A DNA stretch of 64,000 bases from the human T2T-CHM13v2.0 reference genome, Homo sapiens: the NCBI RefSeq assembly GCF_009914755.1, contig NC_060929.1. One strand, written 5' to 3'. This document shows, one piece after another, positions 32,451-46,572 of the stretch (positions are counted from its first letter, which is position 1; every line of letters starts with the position of its first letter). A program made the position numbers and the translations under genes. Below the pieces are notes generated by a model. It was not told the DNA's origin and searched no databases. It worked only from the letters and a program-made list of their open reading frames with translations.

Positions 32451-33777
32451 TTAGGCATTCTGCCTAAATTCACATTTAATTATGGGATAGCAAACAAGGC
32501 ATCAACATAAATAAGAGGAGATTCAAGTTAACAACTGCAAGATATCAGAGCTGAATTTTTAAGCTCTGAGAAACTTGGGCATAGCTTCCTTTTTATTGCT
32601 TTTTAAATGTTTATTTATTAATAAAAACTGCTTGTTTTTACAGCATAGAAAAAGAAAGCTCAGGCTAATTTAGTTTCACATATTTGCTTACAAAAAAGAA
32701 AGTAGAAATGCATCCATTCTTTAAATGACCAATTTCTATATATTGTAATTAGCCACCTTTGCTGAAATATATAGTTTACATGATGTTGGAAAGCTGATAT
32801 TCTACATATGATACCTTATGAAGACCAGGACTCTGTCCCCTCCACCTGTGGTCCTAACAAGTTTGGAAGGAGAAGATCATTTAAAGAGAATGGACAACAT
32901 TCGTCTGAAAAATTGTGTACAGCAAAATAACAATTGTCATATTATAAATTTGAAGCTCTGCAAATCTACTCAGAAAATTCAACTTTCAATATTTACTCCA
33001 ATGTCCAATAAAAGAACACTATAAAGTTATTGCAATATATTAAAAGCCAAAGAAAGATAAACTATATCTATTGTACCATATTGTTGCAGTCAAGAAAGGG
33101 TACTGATATATTTTGGAATTATATTTAAGTAACACTTAAAATAAAATGATTTGAACATCACAGAAGATGACAAAATAAGAAGTTCTAGGAACTGGTCCTG
33201 TCACAAAAATAACTACTGAACTGGCAAGAACTGTCAGAATCAATCATTTCAGAACTCTGGAGTGTAGCAGGACACTTTCAGCTTCCAGAGAAATGCTTGA
33301 TGAGGAAAGATACTGGAATACAAGGAAATTCCTGTCAGGTCACTGGCCGCAGAAATATTAGAATAGAGACTTCAGTAACCATACATGATAAGGAATATAG
33401 TCTTTGCAACATTAGTTGAAAAAGTCATTAAACAAATGGATGATTGCAGTCTTCAACAAGCAGCAACAACAAACCTTGGGGTAGGAGGAGAATCTGATTT
33501 CTAGAATTATGAAATTATATACAATGTTAAATTCTCAGCAAAATATTATAAATCTTACAATGTAAAGTATGGCCCATTCATAAGAAAAAGAAGACACTGA
33601 CAGAAACCATTCTTCAGGAAGCCCAGAGAGCAAATTCCAGACTTACTGGACAAATGAATATGTTCAAAGAGGTGAAAGAAACCATGTGCAAAGTAGTAAG
33701 GAAAATCAGGAGAATGATGTATGAGCAAGTTGGGAATATACGTAAGGAGACAGAGATTATAAGAAGGAACCAAGTAG

Positions 33778-34458
33778 TGCTGGGTGTGGTGGCTTATGCC
33801 TGTAATCCCAGCACTTTGGGAGGCCAAGTTTGGTGGATTGCTTGAGCTCAGGAATTTGAGACAAGCCTGGGCAAAAAAGTGAGATTCTGTCTGTATTAGT
33901 CCATTCTCACACTGCTAATAAAGACATACCTGAGACTGGGTAATTTATAAAGGAAAGAGGTTTCATTGACTTACAGTTCAACATGACTACGAGGCCTCAG
34001 GAAACTTACAATTATTGTGGAAGGGGAAGCAAACATGTCCTTCTTCATATGGCAGCAGCAAAGAGATGTGCCAAGCAAAAGGGGAGAAAGTCCCTTATAA
34101 AACCATCAGATCTTGTGAGAACTCACTCACTATCATGAAAACAGCAGTGTAGGGGTAACCATCCCATGATTCAATTACCTCCCACAGGGTGCCTCCAATG
34201 ACATGTGGATTATAGGAACTAAAATTTAAGATGAGATTTGGGTGGGGACACAACCAAACCATATCACCATCTCATATATATATATATATATATATGTATA
34301 AAAATTAGCTGGATGTGGTGGTGTGCAGCTGTAGTCTCAGCTACCCAGGAAGGTGAGATGGGAGGATGGCTCGAGCCCAGTAGATAGAGGTTGCAATAAG
34401 CTGAGATTGTGCTGTTGCACTCCAGCTTGGGTGACAGAGCCAGACCCTATCTCAAAAA
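33778..34458 (+). mobile_element. AluJ split by a THE1 LTR
   Basis: Left arm 33778-33891, remainder 34267-34458. Confidence 0.85.
33892..34266 (-). mobile_element. THE1 solo LTR inserted in AluJ
   Basis: 'tgtattagtccattctcac...gggacacaaccaaaccatatca'; TSD CTGTC / CCATC. Confidence 0.92.
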
Positions 34459-34608
34459 AGAGGCAGAAGCAGAAAAGGAGGAGAAGGAAAAGGAGAAGGA
34501 GAAAGACAAGAAAGAGGAGGAGGAGAAGAGGAAGAAGAAGAAGAAGGAGGAGGAGAAGAGGAAGAAGAAGAAGAAGGAGGAGGAGGAGGAGGAGAAGGAG
34601 AATAAGAA
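34459..34608. repeat. GA-rich (GAA/GAG)n low-complexity tract derived from the Alu tail
   Basis: ~150 bp almost pure purine; includes two copies of a 30 bp unit. Confidence 0.95.
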
Positions 34609-34761
34609 TACAAATTGTGGAGTTGAAAAGCACAATGGCTAAAAGAAAAAAATTCACTAGAAGGGTTCAATAGCAGATATAAGCTGGCAGATAAAACAAT
34701 CACCAAACTTGAAAATAGATGTCTTAGTCATTTCAAGCTACTATAACAAAATACAGCATAG

Positions 34762-34895
34762 ATTGGGTGGCTACCTATTGGGTACTATGCTCACTACCTG
34801 GGTGATGGAACCATTCATACCCCAAACCTCAGCATCATGCAATATACCCATGTAACAAATATGTACATATACTTTCTGAATCTAAAAAAAAAGTT
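34762..34895 (+). mobile_element. L1 3' terminal fragment
   Basis: 'ctacctattgggtactatgctcactacctgggtgatgg...cccaaacctcagcatcatgcaatatacccatgtaacaaa'. Confidence 0.8.
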
Positions 34896-36724
34896 GAAAT
34901 TATTTTTAAAATCCTATCATAGGCACCAAGGTTATAGAGTCAGTGAGTTGTGGAATTAAGACTAAAACATAGATATCCTGATTCTAAGTCAACATTTCTT
35001 AGAATTAAGCTGAACATGAGTTAAATATATCTGAGTCAAAGAGATATTCAGTAAGAAACTTGTTACAAAAGGAGAGGAAATAAGGGGTTAGTGTCTATAT
35101 AAAAGGAAGCAAGATGGTGGGTTAGAGAGAATTCTAAGGTATTAGAAAAAAGTTTCCTTTAAGTATATAAGTTAAGACCCTGAGAAATATTGCTGAAGTC
35201 CACATGGTAAGAAAAAAACGTCACAGGCCTCATTGTGACAGGCAGCCTGAGTTAGGATTTGGATATGATCTAAAATCAGGAATGGAGGCAGACAAATGAG
35301 GGCCCAAATCTAACCTCTTCTTTTTAGCTTTGGAATCTTACACAAGTTAATTCACCACTAAAGCATTAAAGCATTTAGTTTCTCAATCTTTACAATGAAG
35401 ATAACAAAAAATATAAAGAAAATTGCTGATAGGGTTTTGAGCAATGATGTAAGGTAACATTTATATATGTAGTACCCAGCAGAATGCCTAGTATACTATA
35501 TCTACCAAATATATGTTAGTTTCTGCTGTTTTTCATAAACTTTTCTTACTTGTGGTCAAGAGCATGGAATCTTAGAACCAAACAGCATATCCGTAGAATA
35601 CTTTTGGCAACAGGTAATAGAAAACTCCTTAAACAATAAAGGAATTTATTGGCTCACTAAGTGCAAGTTGTAAGGTAGGGTTTGCTTCAAGATTGGTTAA
35701 TAAAGCACTTTAATAATGTTATCAAGAACTTAAGTTTTTTCTATTGTTTACTCTTCCTTTCTGAGTATGCCTGATTTCCTGATGTCTGTGGGATAGCTGT
35801 AGTAGCATTCGCGTCTGGTCGGTGACAGAGGGTGCCTCTCCAAATCACTCTCCAATTCTGTGCAGTGTGAGTAACCCAAATTAGGTCACATCTCCTTATA
35901 CGATAACTGTTGCTACAGGAAAGCCAGGCTCTGATTAGTTTATGCTTTGATTCCTGAACCAATCAACAGCAAAGAGGATAGAATTGTCATGATGACCAGG
36001 GCCTACTTTGGAGCTGGGGTCAAATTTGGGTGTAGGGAGTCAAACCTGATGTCCACTACTGAAAACTTGAACTCCAGAACTTACTTGCTGTATCCTTTGA
36101 TAAGTCATATAATTTTGTTGAAACTCAACTTCTTTATCTGCAAAATGGGAGCTATAATAGAATGAACCTTCAGGATGTTTTGAAGATAAATTGAGATACT
36201 AAAATAAATTTGAAAACAAAAGGCTCTGCAGACTGTCTGACATGTAGTAAGTGCCCAAGAAATGTTAACTATTATTAATATTATTTATTCACCTATATAG
36301 TTTTGCATTATATAATAGCTATTTTTAAATGATCTGACTTTCTGGCTAAAGTATGAGTTTTTTGAGGCTGTGAACAATATTGTTTTCATTTTTTAATCTA
36401 CAAATTCTTACATATAATAAATGTCCAACTTATTTCTTTAACAAATGAGTGAATAAATGATGTCTTTTGAGTGAATGAATAAAGGCTTTCAAACAATAGA
36501 AGGTAGATTTAAAAGAAAGACAATAAAATGGTAACGATGGATCACATAACAAACAGGATATGGGAATAAAATGGGCCCAACTGAGAGAGATTATATTTGA
36601 GAAAAAAATAATTCCAGACATAGAGAGGAGTTTTCTCTGAACATTAGAGTGGTTATAGGAAATGAACAAATCAAATATAGTTTGAATTCAGGGTATGCAG
36701 CTCATAAAGATTATGATGTCTTCA

Positions 36725-37205
<481 letters not shown>

Positions 37206-37319
37206 TCAAAACCAACTGTTGAGATAAGTAGTATTCTTTTCATCCCCATCGCTATTTACAGATTAAAAAACTCAAGCCCAGGTAGGTCAAGTAACTTGCT
37301 GAGATCACACAGATAGTAA

Positions 37320-37508
<189 letters not shown>

Positions 37509-38849
37509 TGAGATTTTTTTTAACCCAAAGGATAAAGACACTAGACTCCTTGGCTTTAACCATTACACTATACTGTGTCTCTAATAAAATAGAAGGGTAG
37601 GCAGAGAAGCCAGACTGCAATCCCAAACCACCATGCACTCAGGAGTTAAACACATGTTGGTGATCATGAGGAGCACCGCAGGTCTCCAAGGCCACCAAGA
37701 GCCAAAAGGCATGGCCAGCAGTTCGTAACATGTGTGTTCCCTCTAACCCTTATTTTGCACTTTGTTAATCTGCGGCATATAACACAATGGCTGTGGAGGA
37801 GGCAACTGAACAAACATTTGTCCAGTGAATGAGCGTGTGGCTGGATGGTTCGGTGCCAGTATGTATGTTGTGCTCACAGTATATATGATATGCCAGTATA
37901 TCTGATGGGCCAGTATAGATAATGTGCTTATTTCCTTGGCAGACTGACCTCTTCATGCTTCCATATTTGGTAGATTGTCTTTAAAAATTTAAGGACAATT
38001 AAGTTTTCTCAAAATGAGACAACTTGCCTTGCAATAACATTCAGAGTAATGAAAAAGAAATGTAGAGATAATCCATGCTTCAGAGAATGCCCTGGGAGTT
38101 GCAGTGAATACAGAATTGTGTGTCCCTTTCCAGGGAGTCTTTCAGGACTGTTGCTGACCTATAGAGAAAAAGCACAATAGCTGTCAGAATGAAAGGAGAA
38201 GCTAGTACAGGCACTCTCTAAGGGAATTAGAGACTAAGGACTATCAAACTACCACTTTCCTCAAAAGGAATCAACAAACAGTCAAACAAAAACAAAGTCA
38301 TTGCTAGGAATTTTTTTGGTTGTGGCTTAGCATAGATCTGCCTTTGATCAGACTTTAACTTGAAATTCCTGAATATACCCCAGTTCCATGCACCCTGATG
38401 CTTCTATGGCGAACATTCAAAGGAGTCAGAACTCCCACTCTTTCTAGATTGCTGTAGCCCACCAAGAGTTAAGTTTCAAAGACCATATATAAGCCAGAAT
38501 ACAAGTTTCAGATTCAGCTGTACAAATAAAGTGCAATCTTGAAACACAGTGAAGATGAGTGTTGAGGTCTTTGCATTCAAAATTTCTCTATTTCTAGTAT
38601 TTCTATATTCTCCGTTGTAACTATGCGATTTCATCTCTTGCTTAGAAAGATCTTAGTTATAAACAATAAATAAAATCAATTTTTCCTTCTTTCTCTATGC
38701 TAATTTATCATCTATGAGGAATGCTCCAGAAGCTATTTTCATATTTAGTAGATACTGGTGGAAGATAAATTATTTGTAAGTTGAATTTTTAAAAGGAGCT
38801 TTTAAAATATCACTGTACTTACATACTCTTATAAAGAAAATATCTTTAG

Positions 38850-38981
38850 CTTTCAGTCTCTGAAGGAACAAAATCAAAACTGCTTGAACAAGTATCCCGG
38901 CTGGAGGAAAAACTGGAGGCTGTGGACCACAAGGAAGCCAGTGGGGGACCATATGAAAAAATGGTTCTTGTGAAAGACCAG
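38850..38981 (+). CDS. CCDC192: Internal coding exon of a coiled-coil protein (LSVSEGTKSKLLEQVSRLEEKLEAVDHKEASGGPYEKMVLVKDQ)
   Basis: 132 nt, phase 0/0, open frame; TTTAG acceptor and CAG|GTATGT donor; heptad-like Leu spacing. An alternative AG at 38855-38856 makes the start less certain. Gene name from recall of the locus containing CUL1P1. Confidence 0.75.
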
Positions 38982-39834
38982 GTATGTTGTAGAACAAAGT
39001 CATCTTTATTTTAAAAGTTACCTAATTTTATATGAATTGACAATCCTGGAAAGCCATTTCAGTCTGGATTAAAAGTCGTATTTTTAAGTTCATAATGGTA
39101 AATAACAATATTTGTATTTGCTAAAAGTAATTTTATTCCCTGGCAAATATTGAGATAAAATTTATTTTGCTAGTAGTAGTTTTAAAGTTTGTTTGATATG
39201 TAACCCTTTGAATAACATTAGCTGAATATTCTATTTATTTTATAAATGGTATTGACTGTACAAATGTCTCTTAGTTGTTAATGTTGGAGTGTTTCTTTCT
39301 GTGGAGTAAAACGAGAGGCTCATAACATTTGGCATATGTTTTTTAATCAATTACTTTATAAGAAATGATTAATCTCTGAATATCTGAGCATTAAAATATA
39401 TATCATTATGTAAATTTACCTCTTGTTCAATCCAAAGGGTTTGCTTTTGGAATATATGGATATGATTTCATGTGAAGGTATATATATATATATATATATT
39501 TATTTATTTATTTATTTATTTATTTGTAAATATATATATATTTATATGATATAGGGGCATTTGCATTAACCGTAGCACATCAAGCTAACATTATCTTACT
39601 CAGGCATATCCTAGTTCTTAATATATTTGTGTGTTTTTTCTTTGGGTTCTTTCATAGAATGGAAGAGAAATAGGAATGGGGGGATGATTTCTCCAATGAT
39701 GGTTTTCAAAACGTAGCTGAAATAATGCTGCCATTCACGAGATTTGAAAACTGATACACATTTATGTCTGTAATACGTTGAGTATGTAAAAGAAAGAGTT
39801 ACATACTTAGTTTCTAAACTTTTCTCCTTTTCAG

Positions 39835-39891
39835 TGCATCCAGAAATTGCAAGCTGAAGTAAAAGCTTCCCAGGAGCAACTTATAGCCCAG
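39835..39891 (+). CDS. CCDC192: Next coding exon (CIQKLQAEVKASQEQLIAQ)
   Basis: 57 nt, phase 0/0; strong polypyrimidine tract CTTTTCTCCTTTTCAG and consensus CAG|GTAAGT donor; joins in frame to the previous exon. Confidence 0.82.
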
Positions 39892-40227
39892 GTAAGTGTT
39901 TTCCTCCTTTTTTCATCCCTTTATTTATGTCATTGTTAGCTTGGAAATGAACAGAACATGGAAAGAAGTTATAAATGAGTTTCGTCTGGAGCAAACCAAA
40001 TCACAAGGCTAAAAATGAGTATTTTTACTGCGTCTACACAGTTTCTTTTCATACATAAAATTCTGATTTTTGTGGATGACCAAAATTCCAAACTGAGCTC
40101 TTATATATAATCAGATGGTCTAATCAGGTGCTATCAGAAGAAGAGAACTGGAAACTTAGGACAGAAAGATGAAGAAGCCAGTCTAGTTGGGTGAGTAGGT
40201 GGAAGTGGAGAGATGTGGTAATTATTG

Positions 40228-40425
40228 ACCCATCAGATAAAGGTCTAGAGCAGTTCTTCTTAAACTTTACTGTATGTAAGAATCACCTGATAGCTTCTTA
40301 AAACAAATTACTCAGATTCTGTTTCCTGCATGCCTAGGTTGGGGCCTGGGAATTTGCACTTTTTGGTGATTCTAGACTCAGACAATGCTGATGCTGCCAG
40401 TCTTCAGGACACACGTTAAGTGACA
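40228..40425. mobile_element. MER5A-like hAT element
   Basis: 'taagaatcacctg...ggggcctgggaatttgcac...gctgatgctgcc'. Confidence 0.65.
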
Positions 40426-42105
40426 TTATTTTTTATACATTTTTTATACATACATATATATATTACATATATTTAATATATATTATTAACATTAATATTG
40501 ATTTTAGGCAAGTGACCATATAAACCAATCAGACTACATAGTTGCCCATTTTCTCCTGCAAGTACTCGCCTGAGAGAGACCCCATGAATTTCTATGGCAA
40601 ATTTCATTTGCACACTAGCCTATGTTTACTCTGAGAACAACACATGAGCATCTCCTGCCACAATACCCTGTGTGTCCATGACCATAAATCTGTCACCCTG
40701 CCACTATTCCTTCCCAAGGATCTGAACAACCCAAATGCCTTAGACATCTCCTCAAAGACTTGATTGCCATCCTTTTGGTCATCTTTTTCATCCACATCTT
40801 GGCTGCTATGGAATGACTTCTTGATTAAAGATACTGACCAGTCATGTTAATGGCCAATCTTAACTACACCAGGCCCCTCAGACAGACCTGAGACCTATGA
40901 GGTTGCCCTCCAAAAGACTGCAAGATAATACATTCTGGTGACCATTCCTTTGGGGTTTGGAATGAACTGACTTGGGTAAAATATTGGTAATTGTCCCCAT
41001 TTTTGTGCTAGAGAAGAGAAAAGCTAATCTGCTGTGGCAGTTAGCAGAGCTTTTAACTCTAAATTCAGAATCTTTTTTGGGCTTGTATGTTCAATTGTCC
41101 AATATTGAAAATGACTAAGGCTTGCATTTGTAGCATTGTGACATATTTAGACAGAAATATGTCTCATTAGCCAGTATTTTGTTGCAGATGCCTTTCCCCT
41201 GGTCTCCCCCTGAGGGTGCCAGATAATGACTATTGTCAGAGGATGTCCCGTCACGACATTTGATACCCACAGTCATTCACATGGAAGAAGCTTTTAGCTC
41301 AGAATTTTATATGGAGGGCAAATGTATTCACTAAAGCTCAGATATTAGCTTCCAGCATCTCTTTGTGAAAAACAGATGAAAAAAGCCATAGTTCCTGGTG
41401 CCTTAGGGAAATTCCTATAGTGTCTTCTTTCACTGCCTAGTTACTATGGATGCTATTCCTGTACCATGCTGTTACTGCTTGAGACTTGTCTGAACTAGAA
41501 TTGCTTCCCTGTATTAGGGTATTGATACCAGTGACTGAGATTTCTCATATGTAATTGTCCAACATTCAGGTTTCAATACAACAGTGTATTCATGAAAGTT
41601 TTGCTTCAATGTGTCAAGAAAAACTTAAATGAAAACAGTATTAACAATAGTATTTATTGAAAGTGGATTATGTATTTTCTATGTGGAAGATATTTCACAT
41701 ATCTATTTTAAATCTCAACACAACCCAGCAAGGTAGTCATTAATTTTCAGAAAGAAAATGGAATCTTAAAAAGATTAGATCACTCGTCACACTCTGAAAC
41801 CCATGATTTTGCTATTACAACTTGCTGTCTCTCCAAATTATATTCTCTATGTGCCATTTGAGGTATCAAATGGTGTTTATAAAGGTTCTATCTCCAACCT
41901 CCTTTTCTCTTTCTGTTCACTTTTGGTGATTCAGCAGTTCATAATGCTTCAACTCTCACTCCCATGCAGACAAACTGCCTTCTCCCACAGCAAGTTCCTT
42001 CTATCTTAAGCCTCCCCTGATTAGAGATCTGTAGTGTTTTAATGAGCACTTCTTAGAACATTGTCCCTGAAAAAAACATTCCATAGGATGCTAAGAGGTA
42101 TTCTG

Positions 42106-42137
<32 letters not shown>

Positions 42138-43462
42138 AACAAAAAGTAGGAAGACTGTTGGAAACAAAGTTAAATGGGTTTATTTCCTGCAAGAGTTATC
42201 CATGTACAAACAATCTCCAAGAACAGGCTGTTGTTGGTCATTTTTCCAAAAGAGTTTGATTATGAATGGTGATTTGTAACACACAGGTTTAGAGATGGCT
42301 GGTACACGGCATCAAACTGAAGTACTCTGGTTCTTAAATATGACCTGAATATCTTGCTGACACCTCAGGCTAAGAATATACAAAGCCAAATTTATCATCT
42401 TCTGTTATTATCTCTTAAATATGTTTCTCTATTCGTATCCCCCAGCCATGGTGGATAATATCACACTACTGTTATTTTTTCTAGATTCAAACTACAAAGC
42501 AGTTCTAAAATCCTACCTCTCTCTGCCTCTGTCCTACTTTGGTTAGTTGTCAGGCCCTGAATATGTTTCTACAAGTTATCTCACTTCCATGTCTTCTATT
42601 CCATTATACTGCCACTTCTCTAGCTCTTTTTAATCGTCTTATATTTTAATTATTGTAACTGGCCCCAAATTGTTAACATATGTGAGTGAATTCAGAGCCC
42701 CCCACAACCCCACTCCCCGTTACAAGGTAGCCCACTTGCTCTGGCACCATCAAGCCCTATTGAGAGAAGAGAGAGGATAAAAATCTGTGTGTAAAGATTT
42801 GGAATGGGTGCAGAAAACCAAACAGAGCAAAAGTGTAACACTCACAGGGTGAGTGTGATCTGCTGGCGTGGCAGAGAAGAGAAAGGGGATTTAAAAACCA
42901 GGGTGGTAGGAATGGAACACTGAAGATGGGGTGAGGGTTCTTCTGGAATAAGAGATGAGAGTTCTGAGGATGCTGAAGATTAGGAAATAACTTGAAGTAT
43001 TAATAAGAGTTGCCTGGCAAAATATGTACTTGAACCCCTTTAAGTGAGAGTCCCATGGAAAGTTTGGAATTTCTGTTTGGAGTGTGCCTCCTTAATGTAA
43101 CACCTGTGGGACCTGACCTCTATAAGAGTCTCCTGGTTTCCGTGCCTCCATCCTGAGTGAAGTTTCCAAAGCATAGTCCCTGCCCCTCATCTTCTCTTCT
43201 CCCTCACTCCCCTCTCTCTGCCTTACACTGAGCCTACTACTAGAATGGAGCTGCTATCTTTCTTTACATATCCAGTATTATTTGATGTTCTGTGATTTTG
43301 CTCACAGTATTCTCTTAAACTGGAATATCCTTCTCTCTTCTCTTCATTCAAATAACTCTTTTCTGTCCTTGCAAGACTCAAGTTATGTACCAACTTCTCC
43401 CTTAGTCCCCAGATTATTTTCTGTGGGTCCCCACAGCCTCCTTTAGATACATCTATTTGAGC

Positions 43463-43843
43463 TGTTAAAGTAAACATTGTAGACAAATTAAATTTAACAG
43501 AGTTCATGTGAGCAAAGAATGATTCCTGAATTGGGTAGAAATCAGAACCAGAAGAGGTTGAGAAAGCTCCATCCAGCAGCATGAGTAGCAAGCTTTTATA
43601 GGCAAAACACAGAAGCAAAGTAAAGACATTATCTGTTGGCTACCTAAGTTAGGTGTTTGCCTTATTTGGGTGTGGTTGGATCAGTTGGGTGCCTGTGATT
43701 GGCTGAAGCTCAGCTGTTTGTGACTGGCTGAAACCCAACTATTTGTTACAAAAAATATACTCCTAAGTTAGGTTTCAGTTTGTTAAGTAGGAACTCAAAA
43801 TAGGGAGAGAACCTCAGGCCAATGGCCTCCTGCTTATTTAACA
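43463..43843 (-). mobile_element. ERV1-class solo LTR (MER93-like)
   Basis: TG...CA termini with 4 bp TSD GAGC (43459-43462 / 43844-43847), inserted in an L2 remnant; subfamily uncertain. Confidence 0.7.
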
Positions 43844-46393
43844 GAGCTCAATACACTACACTTTGTTGACATTATCTGTTTATATATCCGTTACCCACTA
43901 GACTCTAGGGACATTGAAGGCAGCACTAAGAATGTGTCTCTGAATGCACTACACCCAGTACAGGGCTGGGTGCATTGTAGCTACTCAATACATTTTGCTG
44001 AATTGCATTGAATTTTATTCTGATCATGTCATTTCCTTAGTTCCAAAGCCTTGAGTGAGACATTGCTTGTCCATTATCCCAGAATAAAGTCTAACCTCCT
44101 GACCATGGCATTTATCATGTTGACAATGGGGACCTGACCCCCTTTCCTGCCTCATCTCCATCTCCATCTGCGACCCCCAAGTGCACCCTGCATCTCTGCC
44201 CTAGCAGCTTTGCTTGTAGCTCCTTGCTACCCTGAATGCCTGTCCCTGCCATTGAGTTTGCCAGACTTTCCCCATTCTTTATCAAGATTGTTTTTTCCAC
44301 GAAGTTCTCCCTATCAGTCCAGAAGTAATCTCTCCTTCTTTGGTGCGTTCACAGCACTTCTCTGTGCCTCTTTTCAGTCATTTGTCACACTATGCCCCAC
44401 AAGAGAATGATCTGATGCAGCCTCTTTCTCAAGACTGCAAGTTCCTGGAGGAAGTATGTCTGTTTATCTTTATTCCTCCCACAGTGTCTGGCTCGATGTC
44501 TTGTACAGATTTTATTGAAATGAATTGTTAAAGTGGCTAAATTAAAAATAAAATTATTTTGGCATTTGTAGGAGCACCCTTTATATATCAGGGAAAATCA
44601 CTTTATGACAAAGAATTGTATTCTGTGAAGATGTCAGTATTACATCAGGCATTAATTTAATGAGGCTGACTCTTTCAAATATAACATGCAAGTGACAAAA
44701 GGTAAGGATCTCTTAGAGTGGAAACAGAAGGAAAAAAATAGCAGAGAAAGAAAACACAGTTGCTGGAAATTCCTATTTCACGTGAAATAAAAAGAGTTTC
44801 TAAAGGAAACATGGTCTTAACATGAAAATTAACAACGTAATGTCTTGGCTTGCTTTTATTCAGAGTTCACTGCTCTAGAACTCAATAGTTGAATAATATG
44901 ATTGTTTAATTAAATTGATAGCTATGAAATGGAGAGGAGATGAAAGCCTTAACATTTCAGAGTTATCATTTGCTAATACTTTGAAGATTAAATTCTCACC
45001 CCATTAAATTTACTGTGCCTAGTCACAACTTAGACTTCTAAAGAAATTATTAAGGGTTACCCCTCCCAGTGCACATGTGGGCACCCAGGCTGAGCCATCA
45101 CCGGGCTAAGCTGCCCTGGGCATCTTTATCACTCCCTCCCATGATTACTTATCCGCTTAAAGACCTACATGGGATAAAACAAATATTTGAAATGAATGTT
45201 TATAATTACTTAAAGATATCTGTTCTTGTTAGGGCGATTTGAGTCAGGACTAGGTATCTTAATAAAAAATTCCTTTTAAAATTAATGCCTTCCAAATTAT
45301 GGAATCCATATGTTGCCTGTGTTTAGTATTAGCGGGTATAAGTGCTTAGCCCCATCTGTTCACTCCTTCGTGGATGACCTGAATATCTGCAGTACTCCAG
45401 ATGTCTGCCTCCCCTCTTTACCTCCATCCCAACGGCCATCCCATCTCTCAGTTTCCAGCCACCCACAAGACCTGACCAGGACCAAAAGCTCTATAATATT
45501 CAATGGGTTTATTTCAAAATGGAAATCTGGGTAATTGGGTGGTAGGCACTCAAGTGTGATGTTATTCTCTATACTGTCCTGTATGTTTGATACATTTCAT
45601 AATAAACTAAACAGTTAAAAACATCCAGATGAAGGAATCCTTCAAATGAATCGTACAGCATGCTTAAAAGTGTAGGACAGATGAGTGAATTTTGGAAACC
45701 AGAAGATCCTGAACCACTGAGGCCTGGAAGCTCAGGGTGAGGAACTCAGGGCATGGGAGGCACCCAGGACGGGGGTCTCCCAAAATGCTGGTTTAACTTC
45801 CTTTCCTCCTACAAAGAAGCTATAAACTGCCATTTTACTTTCTAAATTAAGAATCTGTAAGAGCGGACTGCTCCCTCCTAGAATTCCAGGCCCTCTGCTA
45901 ATTGACTTGTTCTTACCATAACAGAGGACATGGCCTGTTTCCTTGGGTTTGGTTCTGTTTTGTTTTGCTGCCTAAGCATCCACTGACACACCTTTGGCAA
46001 TAGTACCCAGATATTCTCTACAATTGCATCTCTCCCACTATGTGCAATCTTCCAGGGCCTGTCATTCAAAGAACTCTGTCAGCTACTAGCTGAGGAGTGG
46101 ACATGTGCCAACTGGACTCTCTCTCCAGGGACTCAGCACATTAAATTCAGGTGAGGAAAGAGAGAAAAAACAGTTGGAGCTGGTACATTCTACCAGGGAT
46201 ACCCAGGCATCATGGTGAAGTAGCTTATGCTGCTTGAACCAGAACTGTCCTAGATCCTCTCCATTTCTGAGTGTGTTTCCTACTGATTTTAGGAGGTACC
46301 CCCAAACCCTCCAATAAATTCTCTTTTTCTTTAAGCTAGCCAGAATCAGAATCAGTTGTTTATAACTGAGAACCCATCATTCTTCTTTTATCC

Positions 46394-46572
46394 CAGTAGT
46401 TCTGAAAATGTGGCTCCTGAACCAGAAACATTAGCATCACCTAGGACTTTGAAATGCAGATTTTGAGGACTCATCTCATTCTGCTAAAGTCAGAAATTCT
46501 GGGAAAAGGATGCAGAGTTTTAAAAGTCCTGTAGGTGATTGTGATGGTGGTAAAATCTGAGGTGTACTGCAC
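46394..46572. mobile_element. MER5A-like hAT element
   Basis: 'cagtagttctgaaaatgtgg...agcatcacctagga...gaaatgcagattt'. Confidence 0.65.

Larger units (their letters stand above)
33160..34720 (+). mobile_element. Old L1M 5'/ORF1 fragment interrupted by Alu and THE1
   Basis: ORF1-like text NMFKEVKETM.., IVELKSTMAK..RRVQ; boundaries approximate. Confidence 0.6.

Noticed and set aside
34337-34706. Several overlapping ORFs with poly-Leu, poly-Arg, poly-Glu/Lys or poly-Ser
   Set aside because: Translations of the GA-rich tract and adjacent Alu; not a gene.
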